The notes below the pieces were generated by a model, which saw nothing but the letters and a program-made list of their open reading frames with translations, ran no database searches and was not told the DNA's origin. Positions 1-7,200 of a DNA stretch of 37,896 nt are shown here, one piece after another. The stretch's first letter is position 1. Every line of letters starts with the position of its first letter. The DNA is from a virus (Duplodnaviria; Caudoviricetes). The translations under genes and the position numbers were made by a program. Where the stretch lies: positions 1 to 37,896 of IMG/VR virus record IMGVR_UViG_3300035491_000144, one strand, 5' to 3'.

Positions 1-21
1 TGTTTTAAGCTGCAAAGCCAC

Positions 22-106
22 GCGGACGTGGTGAAATTGGTAGACACACCAGATTTAGGTTCTGGCGCCGCAAGGTGTGAGAGTTCGAGTCTCTCCGTCC
101 GCACCA
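22..106 (+). tRNA. tRNA-Leu(TAG), prophage integration target
   Basis: GCGGACG...CGTCCGC-A-CCA acceptor stem, anticodon arm CCAGA-TTTAGGT-TCTGG (TAG at 56-58), long variable arm, T-loop GTTCGAGT. Confidence 0.97.
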
Positions 107-109
107 TCT
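81..109 (+). repeat. att core, left copy (tRNA 3' end)
   Basis: GAGTTCGAGTCTCTCCGTCCGCACCATCT identical to 37820-37848. Confidence 0.97.
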
Positions 110-162
110 GAAAGCCAGTATTTCCGGGGGTTCTGGCCGGATCGCTTCTCAGAAGGGAGCGT

Positions 163-183
163 TTTGGGAACACTTTGGGAATC
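163..183 (+). promoter_or_regulatory. Putative integrase arm-type binding sites (left)
   Basis: TTTGGGAACA / TTTGGGAATC tandem at 11-bp spacing; the same TGGGAA motif recurs at 37730-37750. Confidence 0.65.
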
Positions 184-191
184 TGCAAACG

Positions 192-220
192 AAAAAGGCA
201 GCCTCTGCAGGCTGCCTTTT
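192..220. terminator. Bidirectional intrinsic terminator between tRNA and int
   Basis: AAAAGGCAGCCT-CTGC-AGGCTGCCTTTT perfect 12-bp stem with A and T tails. Confidence 0.85.
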
Positions 221-241
221 GTCGTTTCTGAGGCCCTGGAA

Positions 242-1408
242 TCACAGCTTTAGCGCGTGTTCCAGGAGCGGGATCATGTCCGGGCCGTCTTTGCTGATGT
301 ACTTGCCGTAATGGCGTTCGAGCATGGCAATGGTGGTGTGGCCCATCTGATCCTTGAGCCACTGCAGCGTGACTGCGCCGGTGGTGAGCAGCTGGCTGGC
401 GTAGGTGTGGCGACAGTTGTTCGGCCCTCGATAGCGCACGCCGGCCGCTGCCAGGTGTGGGCGCCAGAATCCCTTGAGCAGCATGTCCGAGCTGCTGTGC
501 GCTGCGCCGGTGCTGGTGCAGTGAAAGACGAAGCGCATCGCCTGGCGCTTCCTGGTCTTGTTGTCCCGATCGAGCACTTCGACTTCCACTGGCTTGAGCT
601 TCTGCGTGTGCATGGCCATCGCATGCAGCGCCTGCAGCGCAGGCTTGAGCAAGCGCACCTCACGGTTTGAACGTCTGTTCTTCGTCACCTTGTACACGCC
701 GCGTACCTGCGCGCGGCGGAATCTCACCGTGCCGGCCTTGAGGTCGACGTCTTCCCAGGCCAGGGCGATTGCCTCCGAAACCCTCGGCCCCGTCCACAGC
801 ATGAACTGGGCGAGATACAGCTCCTGGAGCTTGTCGGTATGCGTGCTGAGGATCGCGTCGATTTCCTCGCGGGTGAATGGGTCGACCTCGTCCGGGTCGG
901 GCTGGCGGATGGTGATGCCCTCGGTTGGGTCGTGCGCCGAGCGGTTGCGCGCGCGGTAAAGGGTGAAGATCTGCTTCACCAGGCTGACAATCTCGCGCAC
1001 CGTGCGGTTATGCAGGGCCGGCATCAGCGTCTTATGCACCCACTCCTGCAGATGCAGGTGGTCGATGGTGTCGGCCTGTACATCGCCCCAGCGCGGGCGG
1101 ATGTGCGTCTCCACCTTGCTCAAGTAGGTGCGGAATCCGGACGGGGCCATCTCGTTGCGTTTGATCTCTAGCCACAGATCCATGTAGTGGCCCAGCGTGT
1201 TGGTTTTCACCCTGGGCGAGTCGGGGAAGTGGCGGGCGTAGCTGAAGGTGCCCGCCTTGATTTCGTACTCGATCATGCCGACCAGGCGCTCGGCCTGGGC
1301 GATGTTTTCGGGCGTGGCGTCGCCGTTGAACGGCTCGCGGCACAGTTCGCCCTGATATCTGAAATACACACGCAGGCTATCGCCGCGTTGCTCGACACCC
1401 TTTGCCAT
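242..1408 (-). CDS. int: Tyrosine recombinase/phage integrase with N-terminal arm-binding domain (388 aa)
   Basis: TGPRVSE (catalytic R), NNCRHTYAS, QMGH...HY motifs; adjacent to att; start trimmed to MAKGVEQRG. Confidence 0.95.
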   Translation of the reverse strand: MAKGVEQRGDSLRVYFRYQGELCREPFNGDATPENIAQAERLVGMIEYEIKAGTFSYARHFPDSPRVKTNTLGHYMDLWLEIKRNEMAPSGFRTYLSKVETHIRPRWGDVQADTIDHLHLQEWVHKTLMPALHNRTVREIVSLVKQIFTLYRARNRSAHDPTEGITIRQPDPDEVDPFTREEIDAILSTHTDKLQELYLAQFMLWTGPRVSEAIALAWEDVDLKAGTVRFRRAQVRGVYKVTKNRRSNREVRLLKPALQALHAMAMHTQKLKPVEVEVLDRDNKTRKRQAMRFVFHCTSTGAAHSSSDMLLKGFWRPHLAAAGVRYRGPNNCRHTYASQLLTTGAVTLQWLKDQMGHTTIAMLERHYGKYISKDGPDMIPLLEHALKL

Positions 1409-1450
1409 TTGCGCCCCCCGGCACAACGAAAGACCCAGTGTATGGGCCTG

Positions 1451-1479
1451 AAAGAAGCTCGGCCCAAGTGAGGGCCGAG
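1451..1479 (-). terminator. Putative terminator between the early operon and int
   Basis: CTCGGCCC/GGGCCGAG 8-bp stem followed by CTTCTTT on the minus strand. Confidence 0.55.
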
Positions 1480-1576
1480 AAGATGAAGCGCCCGTTTCTT
1501 GTCGGATTGGGCAGGTATACTTGCTGCACGCCCGCCGGCCGCGCATCGGGCAAGGATGACGGCCGGGCCGGGTGCT

Positions 1577-1771
1577 CTACACCAGCCACTCGCTACGCTG
1601 CTTCCACTGCCGTCGCATTTCCTCGATAAGCCGCTCGGCTGCAGCGGCGCCGCGCTTGGCGGTGATCTTCTCGCGCAGCTCGTCGACCATCGCCTCATTG
1701 GTGTAGCCGAGGCGCAGCCACTGCCGCGCCTCGCACTCGTGCATGTGTTGGCGGTCGGCCTGGTCAGCCAT
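1577..1771 (-). CDS. Small phage hypothetical protein (64 aa)
   Basis: Overlaps the upstream gene end, GGAGG RBS, helical charged composition. Confidence 0.7.
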   Translation of the reverse strand: MADQADRQHMHECEARQWLRLGYTNEAMVDELREKITAKRGAAAAERLIEEMRRQWKQRSEWLV

Positions 1772-2030
1772 TGGGCACCTCCACGACTGCTCGCTCCACC
1801 TCCAGTACGCGATAACCGTCCGCCCGGGCCAGCATGGCCACTGCGTTGCGCACGGCGCGCCAATCGCTCGGCGTGCTGCTGGTGTGGACGATAGGGCGGC
1901 CCGGCTTGGTCAGGCGCAGGTGGCCGCCGTTGGTCTTGGCGATCTTCCAGCCGTGCTGCAAGGCATAGCTGAACAGCGGCCAGAGGCGCTTGCCGCCGCG
2001 CCGGCCGTATATGAATACCTGGCGGCTCAC
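1764..2030 (-). CDS. HicA-like (dsRBD-fold) protein
   Basis: GWKIAKTNGGHLRLTKPG...TPSDWRA resembles the HicA GW..G(S/G)H motif; GTGA-coupled to the upstream gene. Confidence 0.65.
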   Translation of the reverse strand: MSRQVFIYGRRGGKRLWPLFSYALQHGWKIAKTNGGHLRLTKPGRPIVHTSSTPSDWRAVRNAVAMLARADGYRVLEVERAVVEVPNG

Positions 2031-3265
2031 GATTGCACCTCCAGGAGCAGCAGCGGTTGGACGGAGCCGTCCGCGTAAACCTTGTCGAGCGGAGTGGTGG
2101 CGACAGGCTCGTCGCCTTCCCAGCCGTCCGGCCAGGTCTCGGCGGCGATCAGCTCGCGGATTCGCGCTTCTTCCTGGGCGTTGATCATGTCCACCTTCGG
2201 GCGGCCGAGGCGTTCAGCGGCCTCGTTGATTTCCGCCTGGATGCCGAGCAAGCGATCCAGCGCCATCAAGCGCGACTCCAGCAGAACCGGCCCCATGCGT
2301 TGGGGGTTGGCGGCTACGCTGCCGTTTTTCAGCCGCTCAATGCCTGCCTTGCGCAGCCTGTGCTGTGGTTCGCGCAGCTCGCGCCACAGCGATTTGATGC
2401 CCTTCATCGGCGCCAAGTAGGCCCATTGCGGGCTGAGCAGGATGGTATCGAGCGCGGCGTCCTTGCTGGCCAGTGGGCAGCCAGTGCAGCCCGTGCGAGC
2501 GTTGATTTCCTCGGCCTCGTCGCCGCCGTAGGCATCGGCAATGGCTGCCGTTGACCAGTCACCGAACTCAGCCTGTGGCGCCCAGTGCTTGAGCCACTCC
2601 CACACATGGCACACCCGCCAGTGCAGCAGCGGCGCCAGTGTAGCGAGGCGACCTTTCAGGCCTTTGGCCTCGGGCAGCACCTTCTGGTACCAGCCCTGGC
2701 CACATTCGGCGCCGTCCTTGCCGCAGCTCATTTCGATGCGCTTGTCGCGGATCGCGCTCTCGCCTTGGCGCACACCGGTGATCATCAGCACATTGCCGTC
2801 GAGCTCGGCCAGGCGCTGTTCAAGCGCCTGGGCCATCGGGTCAATCTTGATCTGGCGGGTGCACCAGCGCAGCGTGTTGTTGTTCGGCGGCGGCACGCCA
2901 CGTCCAAGGATGTAGACCATAAAGCGCTTATCCATCGGCGCCGTGACCACCTCGACGTGGATACCGCGCTCCTGCAGCTCGTCCATGATCTGGCTGGCAG
3001 CATTGGCCAGGGGCAGCAGCTCCTGGCGCGTGTCTGCGTAGAACACGGTGAGTGTCTTGGGCGCCTTGATACGCCCGCTGTCGATCAGCCAGATGATCAG
3101 GGTCAGCGTGGCGCTGCTGTCCTTCCCACCTGACCAGGCGATGCCCCAGTGGTCATGGTCAGCACCATAGGCCTGCAGGGACTGAATCGTCAGCTCGATG
3201 CTTTCGGTCATCTGCAGGCGCTGTGCGCCGCCGGCGAAGATGTCGCCTTGGCGTAGGGAGCTCAT
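2027..3265 (-). CDS. PAPS-reductase family, DndC-like protein (412 aa)
   Basis: PP-loop WSGGKDS, YADT..E, RWCTRQIKIDP, TGVRQGES, RTGCTGC; start MSSLRQG in ATGA overlap with the ASCH gene. Confidence 0.85.
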   Translation of the reverse strand: MSSLRQGDIFAGGAQRLQMTESIELTIQSLQAYGADHDHWGIAWSGGKDSSATLTLIIWLIDSGRIKAPKTLTVFYADTRQELLPLANAASQIMDELQERGIHVEVVTAPMDKRFMVYILGRGVPPPNNNTLRWCTRQIKIDPMAQALEQRLAELDGNVLMITGVRQGESAIRDKRIEMSCGKDGAECGQGWYQKVLPEAKGLKGRLATLAPLLHWRVCHVWEWLKHWAPQAEFGDWSTAAIADAYGGDEAEEINARTGCTGCPLASKDAALDTILLSPQWAYLAPMKGIKSLWRELREPQHRLRKAGIERLKNGSVAANPQRMGPVLLESRLMALDRLLGIQAEINEAAERLGRPKVDMINAQEEARIRELIAAETWPDGWEGDEPVATTPLDKVYADGSVQPLLLLEVQS

Positions 3266-3639
3266 GCGGCCACCTCCTGATACTCCACGTCGAACAAGCC
3301 CAGCCGGCCCTTGCAGGGCATGAACGGAAGGGGCTTGGCGTCGGCCAGCTCGAAGCCGTATTTGCCGAAGAACCACAGCGACGGGCTGTCGTCGATGCAG
3401 CCGGTGACGGTGACCTGGCCGACGATGCCGCCGCGCTCAAGCTCGTCGAAGGCGGGCAGGGTTACGGCGGCCTTGCTGCACAGGCTGGCGGCGTCTTCGT
3501 ACTCGGCGCGGGTCATGCCCTTGGCCGCGTGGATCAGCAGCGGGCCACAGTAGGACGTGGCCCAGGAACGGTTTTCCAGCGGCTTGAAGCCGTGGACGAT
3601 CAGCCAGGCCCAGGGCTGGCGAACGCTGAGTGCTTTCAT
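3262..3639 (-). CDS. ASCH (PUA-like) domain protein
   Basis: KALSVRQPWAWLIVHGFKPLENRSW...LLIHA and C-terminal CKGRLGLF signature. Confidence 0.9.
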   Translation of the reverse strand: MKALSVRQPWAWLIVHGFKPLENRSWATSYCGPLLIHAAKGMTRAEYEDAASLCSKAAVTLPAFDELERGGIVGQVTVTGCIDDSPSLWFFGKYGFELADAKPLPFMPCKGRLGLFDVEYQEVAA

Positions 3640-3854
3640 ACCGGCTCTCCTGGATGGGTGAAGACGACGCGATCTTTCGGGTCGATCAGGTCGCGTTGTT
3701 TCTCCACCAGGAGGGCCGGATCTAGGCCGAGTTTGACGGCCATGGCTTCGGCGGCGTGGCGGGCGCTGATGGTGTTGCTGGCGGTTCGCTTCTCGCCTTT
3801 GACGGTGGCCACGTAGGTGCCGGTGGCGTAGCGGCAGCGGATTTCAACGGCCAT
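3636..3854 (-). CDS. Hypothetical phage protein (72 aa, MAVEIRCRY...)
   Basis: AGGAG RBS; ATGA overlap with the ASCH gene. Confidence 0.7.
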   Translation of the reverse strand: MAVEIRCRYATGTYVATVKGEKRTASNTISARHAAEAMAVKLGLDPALLVEKQRDLIDPKDRVVFTHPGEPV

Positions 3855-4047
3855 AGCGGCGGCGCTCCTGTTTGGCGATACGTTTTGCGGCCAGCTCGGC
3901 CATGAATGCGGCCCACTCGGCCTGCTTGGTTTGCTGGCGGGTGCGGCTGCACTTGGTGTGCTTGCCGGTCGAGCGGGCGCGGCCGCAGATGTCGCAGATG
4001 CTGGGCAGGTCGAGGCGGTAGCTGGCCAGGGTTGGACGCTCACGCAT
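3844..4047 (-). CDS. Small putative Zn-binding protein (CxxC...H..C)
   Basis: CDICGRARSTGKHTKC; GGAGG RBS; overlaps neighbours. Confidence 0.7.
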   Translation of the reverse strand: MRERPTLASYRLDLPSICDICGRARSTGKHTKCSRTRQQTKQAEWAAFMAELAAKRIAKQERRRYGR

Positions 4048-4603
4048 TAGTCACCTCCTCGGTGTGTTCCAGGCGGGGATTGATCGGCGTCACGGGTACT
4101 GCACCAGCCATTGCCATTACGCGCATGTCGCGGTCGCTCAGTTCCTCTGGCAAGTCATCGTTTGGAAGCGAGGAGAACAGGCGATTGGCCTGGACAAACG
4201 CTGAGAAAGCATCGTTGAAGTGCTCTGCCAGCGCTTTGCGCAGGGTGTCGTATTGGAGTTCGAACTCGATGGCTTCTGCCGGGGTCGTCTCGACACCCAC
4301 ATGCTTCGGGCGCTTCTTGTGGGTGTAGATGCCTGGGTCGTTGGTGTTGCCGATCTTCGCCATGATCTGCGCGGCCAGACGCCTATCGAACTTGTTGACT
4401 GCAGGAAACCAGCGAATCTCACGGCGCTCGTGGGCCAGGTCGTCGAGCGATAGGTCATGGCGTGCGAGCAATTTCTCCAGCATGCGCTGAGCGTTGATCT
4501 TCTCGCCGCCTTCGCCGCGCTCTGCCAGTGCCTGAAGCTTGCGCAACTTGGCCTGTACTTTCTCGCTCAGTTGGGGGCTACCGTTGTTGGCTAGCGTATT
4601 CAT
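4040..4603 (-). CDS. DUF2786-like protein
   Basis: N-terminal KLRKLQALAE..GE..NA..MLEKLLARH pattern. Confidence 0.7.
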   Translation of the reverse strand: MNTLANNGSPQLSEKVQAKLRKLQALAERGEGGEKINAQRMLEKLLARHDLSLDDLAHERREIRWFPAVNKFDRRLAAQIMAKIGNTNDPGIYTHKKRPKHVGVETTPAEAIEFELQYDTLRKALAEHFNDAFSAFVQANRLFSSLPNDDLPEELSDRDMRVMAMAGAVPVTPINPRLEHTEEVTNA

Positions 4604-4959
4604 GCAGCACCGCCTTGCAGGGCTTTGCGGCCAGCCATCAGTGCTTCATTCAGCAAGCCAACATCAGCCGGCACCTTGGCCAGGTAAGGGACAAGCTGGT
4701 CGAGGGAGCGAATAGCCAGGTCAAGTGCCTGGGCAAGTTGCGCTTGCTGAGCTTCCGCCGCCTTCCAGCCCTCCCACCAGCCATTGAGGTAGGCGCGTTC
4801 TCCGTAGCCATCCCCATTGCGCATGCTGGCGATGTGTTCGGCGGTGTAGCTGCCAATGCGCACCTGGTTGTAATGGGCTGCATAGGCAGCCTCGAAGCGT
4901 TCACGCTGGCCCGGTGTGGTAGCCTTATCGGCGCTGACTTCTTGGGGTTTCACTTGCAT
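4600..4959 (-). CDS. Hypothetical phage protein (119 aa)
   Basis: Starts at repeat RBS copy 1; RERFEAAY...WEGWKAA pattern common in phage proteins. Confidence 0.8.
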   Translation of the reverse strand: MQVKPQEVSADKATTPGQRERFEAAYAAHYNQVRIGSYTAEHIASMRNGDGYGERAYLNGWWEGWKAAEAQQAQLAQALDLAIRSLDQLVPYLAKVPADVGLLNEALMAGRKALQGGAA

Positions 4960-5014
4960 GGTGGTTCTCCTTCGGGGTTGGTATGGCCTCGGGGGGTTGC
5001 CGCCCTCCGGGGCC
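4956..5014 (-). repeat. Hairpin(CGGCAA loop)+RBS element, copy 1
   Basis: 21-nt block 4956-4976; stem 4985-4996/5003-5014; loop 4997-5002. Confidence 0.9.
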
Positions 5015-5019
5015 TCTTT

Positions 5020-5973
5020 TTATGCCGCCACGTATCCGGCGGCTGTCTTGCTCAGCAGGCCGCGTTCGGTGGCCTGCTGCATCAGTCGGGTGGTGCGTTC
5101 GTTACCCATCCTCAATTCCCGCGCGACCTGCCGAACGGCCAGCTTGGCGCCGCGTTCGGTGCTGGCGATCAGGTGCAGCAGCTCGGCGGGCAGGTCTATG
5201 TCTGCTGCCGTTTCCGGCTCGGTTTCCGGGTGTTCCTGGGTGCGTTCCTCGGCGTGTTTCTGACGTGCTGGTACGGTTGCTGCTGCCGTTTCGGGAACGG
5301 GGCGCAGGGCGCTGAGGATCAGGGCCGGGACTATCTCCAGCGCCAGGGCGAAGCCGAGGCAGAGCAGGGTGGCCAGTTCCAGCGGTAGGCCTGCGGCTTT
5401 GGCCGGTTGGCTGCGCAGGGTGGTGAGTTCCTGCGATGCGCTGTCGCGGCGTTGCTGGGCGGCGGCGCGTAGGGCGTCGATGCGGGCTAGGGCGCCGCTC
5501 TCCAGCTCCAGGGCGCGGGTGACCATGCCGCGTTCGCGCAGGGCGTTGGCCTGCTGGTGGACGGCTGCGGCTTCGGCGTCGAGCTGCTCGATGCGTGCCG
5601 CTTCGGCTTGGCGCAGTTCCAGCAGTTCGGGCTGGCGGATGCCGAAGCGGGCCATGTGTTCGGCGCGGCTGGTGACAATCGAGGTCATGAGCCGGTCATA
5701 GGTCGCCCAGCCGGAAACGGCGCCCAGGGCGAGGGCGCTGGCCATCATCAGCAGAGCGGCCAGGGTGCGGCGGGATGCCAGCAGCATCAGGGCCAGCGGC
5801 CAGGCGGCGTACTTGAATAGATCCAGCACCACGGCGGCGCCGGCGAACAGGGCGGCGAGCACTGGCGCTTCGATCAGCGCGGATATGGCCATGGCCACCG
5901 ACGTGGCCGTGACGCCGGCGAGGGCGGCGACCATGGCCAGTAGCGGCCAGCGGTGGTGGGGTTGTAGGTGCAT
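5020..5973 (-). CDS. Membrane protein with coiled coil and C-terminal winged-helix-like segment (317 aa)
   Basis: Three N-terminal hydrophobic helices, coiled coil, fourth TM, then LAVRQVARELRMGNERTTRLMQQ..ERGLL. Confidence 0.75.
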   Translation of the reverse strand: MHLQPHHRWPLLAMVAALAGVTATSVAMAISALIEAPVLAALFAGAAVVLDLFKYAAWPLALMLLASRRTLAALLMMASALALGAVSGWATYDRLMTSIVTSRAEHMARFGIRQPELLELRQAEAARIEQLDAEAAAVHQQANALRERGMVTRALELESGALARIDALRAAAQQRRDSASQELTTLRSQPAKAAGLPLELATLLCLGFALALEIVPALILSALRPVPETAAATVPARQKHAEERTQEHPETEPETAADIDLPAELLHLIASTERGAKLAVRQVARELRMGNERTTRLMQQATERGLLSKTAAGYVAA

Positions 5974-6022
5974 GGTGGTTCTCCTTCGGGCAGCCCCGCC
6001 GAGTTGCCGCTCGGCGGGGCTG
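5970..6022 (-). repeat. Hairpin(CGGCAA loop)+RBS element, copy 2
   Basis: 21-nt block 5970-5990; perfect 13-bp stem 5991-6003/6010-6022. Confidence 0.9.
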
Positions 6023-6028
6023 GGTGGG

Positions 6029-6391
6029 TCAGCCCAGGCGGTATTGCTTGTCGCCGTCGATGACGTAGAAGTTCACGTCCCGAAGGCGGTACAGGCCGCC
6101 GGGGCCGCCCCTGACGAAGTAGTCGTCATAGGGCGCAGCGCCTACGCGCACCGGGAACAACTTGTCGCTCTGGTGGGCGTACTCGCTGGACTTCTTGATG
6201 CGGGCGAACAGCTGCTGGCCCTGGGGCTTGCAGCCGTCCGGGCCGTGGGCCGCTTCGTAACCGAGCCAGGCGGCACGGGTTTCGACGTTGTAGAACTGCT
6301 GGTCTTCCGGGTTGCGCGTCATGTCGAAGCCGCGCGGGGTGGCCCAGTCGATAAAGGCGATTTCCAGATTGAGTTGGGCGAGTTCTTTCAT
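6029..6391 (-). CDS. Hypothetical phage protein (120 aa)
   Basis: GAGGTGG RBS before MKELAQL; phage-like codon usage. Confidence 0.75.
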   Translation of the reverse strand: MKELAQLNLEIAFIDWATPRGFDMTRNPEDQQFYNVETRAAWLGYEAAHGPDGCKPQGQQLFARIKKSSEYAHQSDKLFPVRVGAAPYDDYFVRGGPGGLYRLRDVNFYVIDGDKQYRLG

Positions 6392-6401
6392 GGCCACCAC
6401 C

Positions 6402-7145
6402 TCACGCCCGCGCCGTTACGGGCGGGACGCCCTTGGTGAGCATGCTGCGCACGCTGGCGGCCAGCTCGGTTGGGGCGACGGCTTTCTCGTTCTTCACCGG
6501 CTGCGGCAGCAGCTTGGCGGCCTCGGGGAACAGGTCTTCGACCTGGCGCGAGGTGCGGCAGGCGAGCAGCACGTCCATGGCCTGATCGCGGAAGGCCTTG
6601 GCTGCAGTGATGACGGAGTCGATGTCGTTGCAGATCATCAGGCCGAGCGTTTCGAGCGCCGGGTCGGTGATGTGCTCCATGCCGTAAAGCCGAGGAATGG
6701 AACCTGACGGGCACACCAGGTTGATTGACCAGGAGCTGCGGCTGTATCGGTTCTCCCGGCTCAGCAAGCGCTTCACGCCGCTGAAAGCATCGGACTCGAT
6801 GACACGGCTCACCAGAGCGTTATAGGCATCGTCGTTGTGCTTGTGGGCCGCTGCAACGAACTCGGAGGTTGCTGGGCTACGGTCTTTGCCACGGTCTTGC
6901 CGGTAGGTGGGGGTGAGGCTTGCGACAGCCCCCACAGCACCTACCTGGATAAGCTCAGCCCAGTGCTTTTTGTCCAGCCCTGGCAGGGCTTCGACCTTAA
7001 CGCGGTGGTGCATCCAGAACTGGTCATTGAGGGCGGCCAGGTCGGCAGCAATGCGCGGGCCGTGCTGGGCGACCGCCTGCAGGGTGAGTTGGTTTGCGAC
7101 ATCGTCGCGCATGGTCTGGTTAATGGTGAACGGTTTGGCTTGCAT
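6402..7145 (-). CDS. Nmad5-like (nucleotide-modification-associated) protein (247 aa)
   Basis: C-terminal LLACRTSRQVEDLFPEAAKLLP resembles the Nmad5 signature; starts at repeat copy 3. Confidence 0.65.
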   Translation of the reverse strand: MQAKPFTINQTMRDDVANQLTLQAVAQHGPRIAADLAALNDQFWMHHRVKVEALPGLDKKHWAELIQVGAVGAVASLTPTYRQDRGKDRSPATSEFVAAAHKHNDDAYNALVSRVIESDAFSGVKRLLSRENRYSRSSWSINLVCPSGSIPRLYGMEHITDPALETLGLMICNDIDSVITAAKAFRDQAMDVLLACRTSRQVEDLFPEAAKLLPQPVKNEKAVAPTELAASVRSMLTKGVPPVTARA

Positions 7146-7193
7146 GGTGGTTCTCCTTCGGGGTTGGTTGCCCAGGCGTTGCCGCGCCTGGGC
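7142..7193 (-). repeat. Hairpin(CGGCAA loop)+RBS element, copy 3
   Basis: 21-nt block 7142-7162; stem 7170-7178/7185-7193. Confidence 0.9.
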
Positions 7194-7200
7194 GGTTGGT

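Noticed and set aside
1409-1546. N-terminal extension of the integrase in the ORF track (and similar extensions of rep, H, O, S, holin and others)
   Set aside because: The extensions run through terminators or upstream genes; downstream starts have better RBS or coupling and match family N-termini.
1577-1771. Excisionase call for the gene upstream of int
   Set aside because: No recognisable AlpA/MerR-like HTH; the Cox-like protein at 12792-13004 is a more plausible directionality factor.
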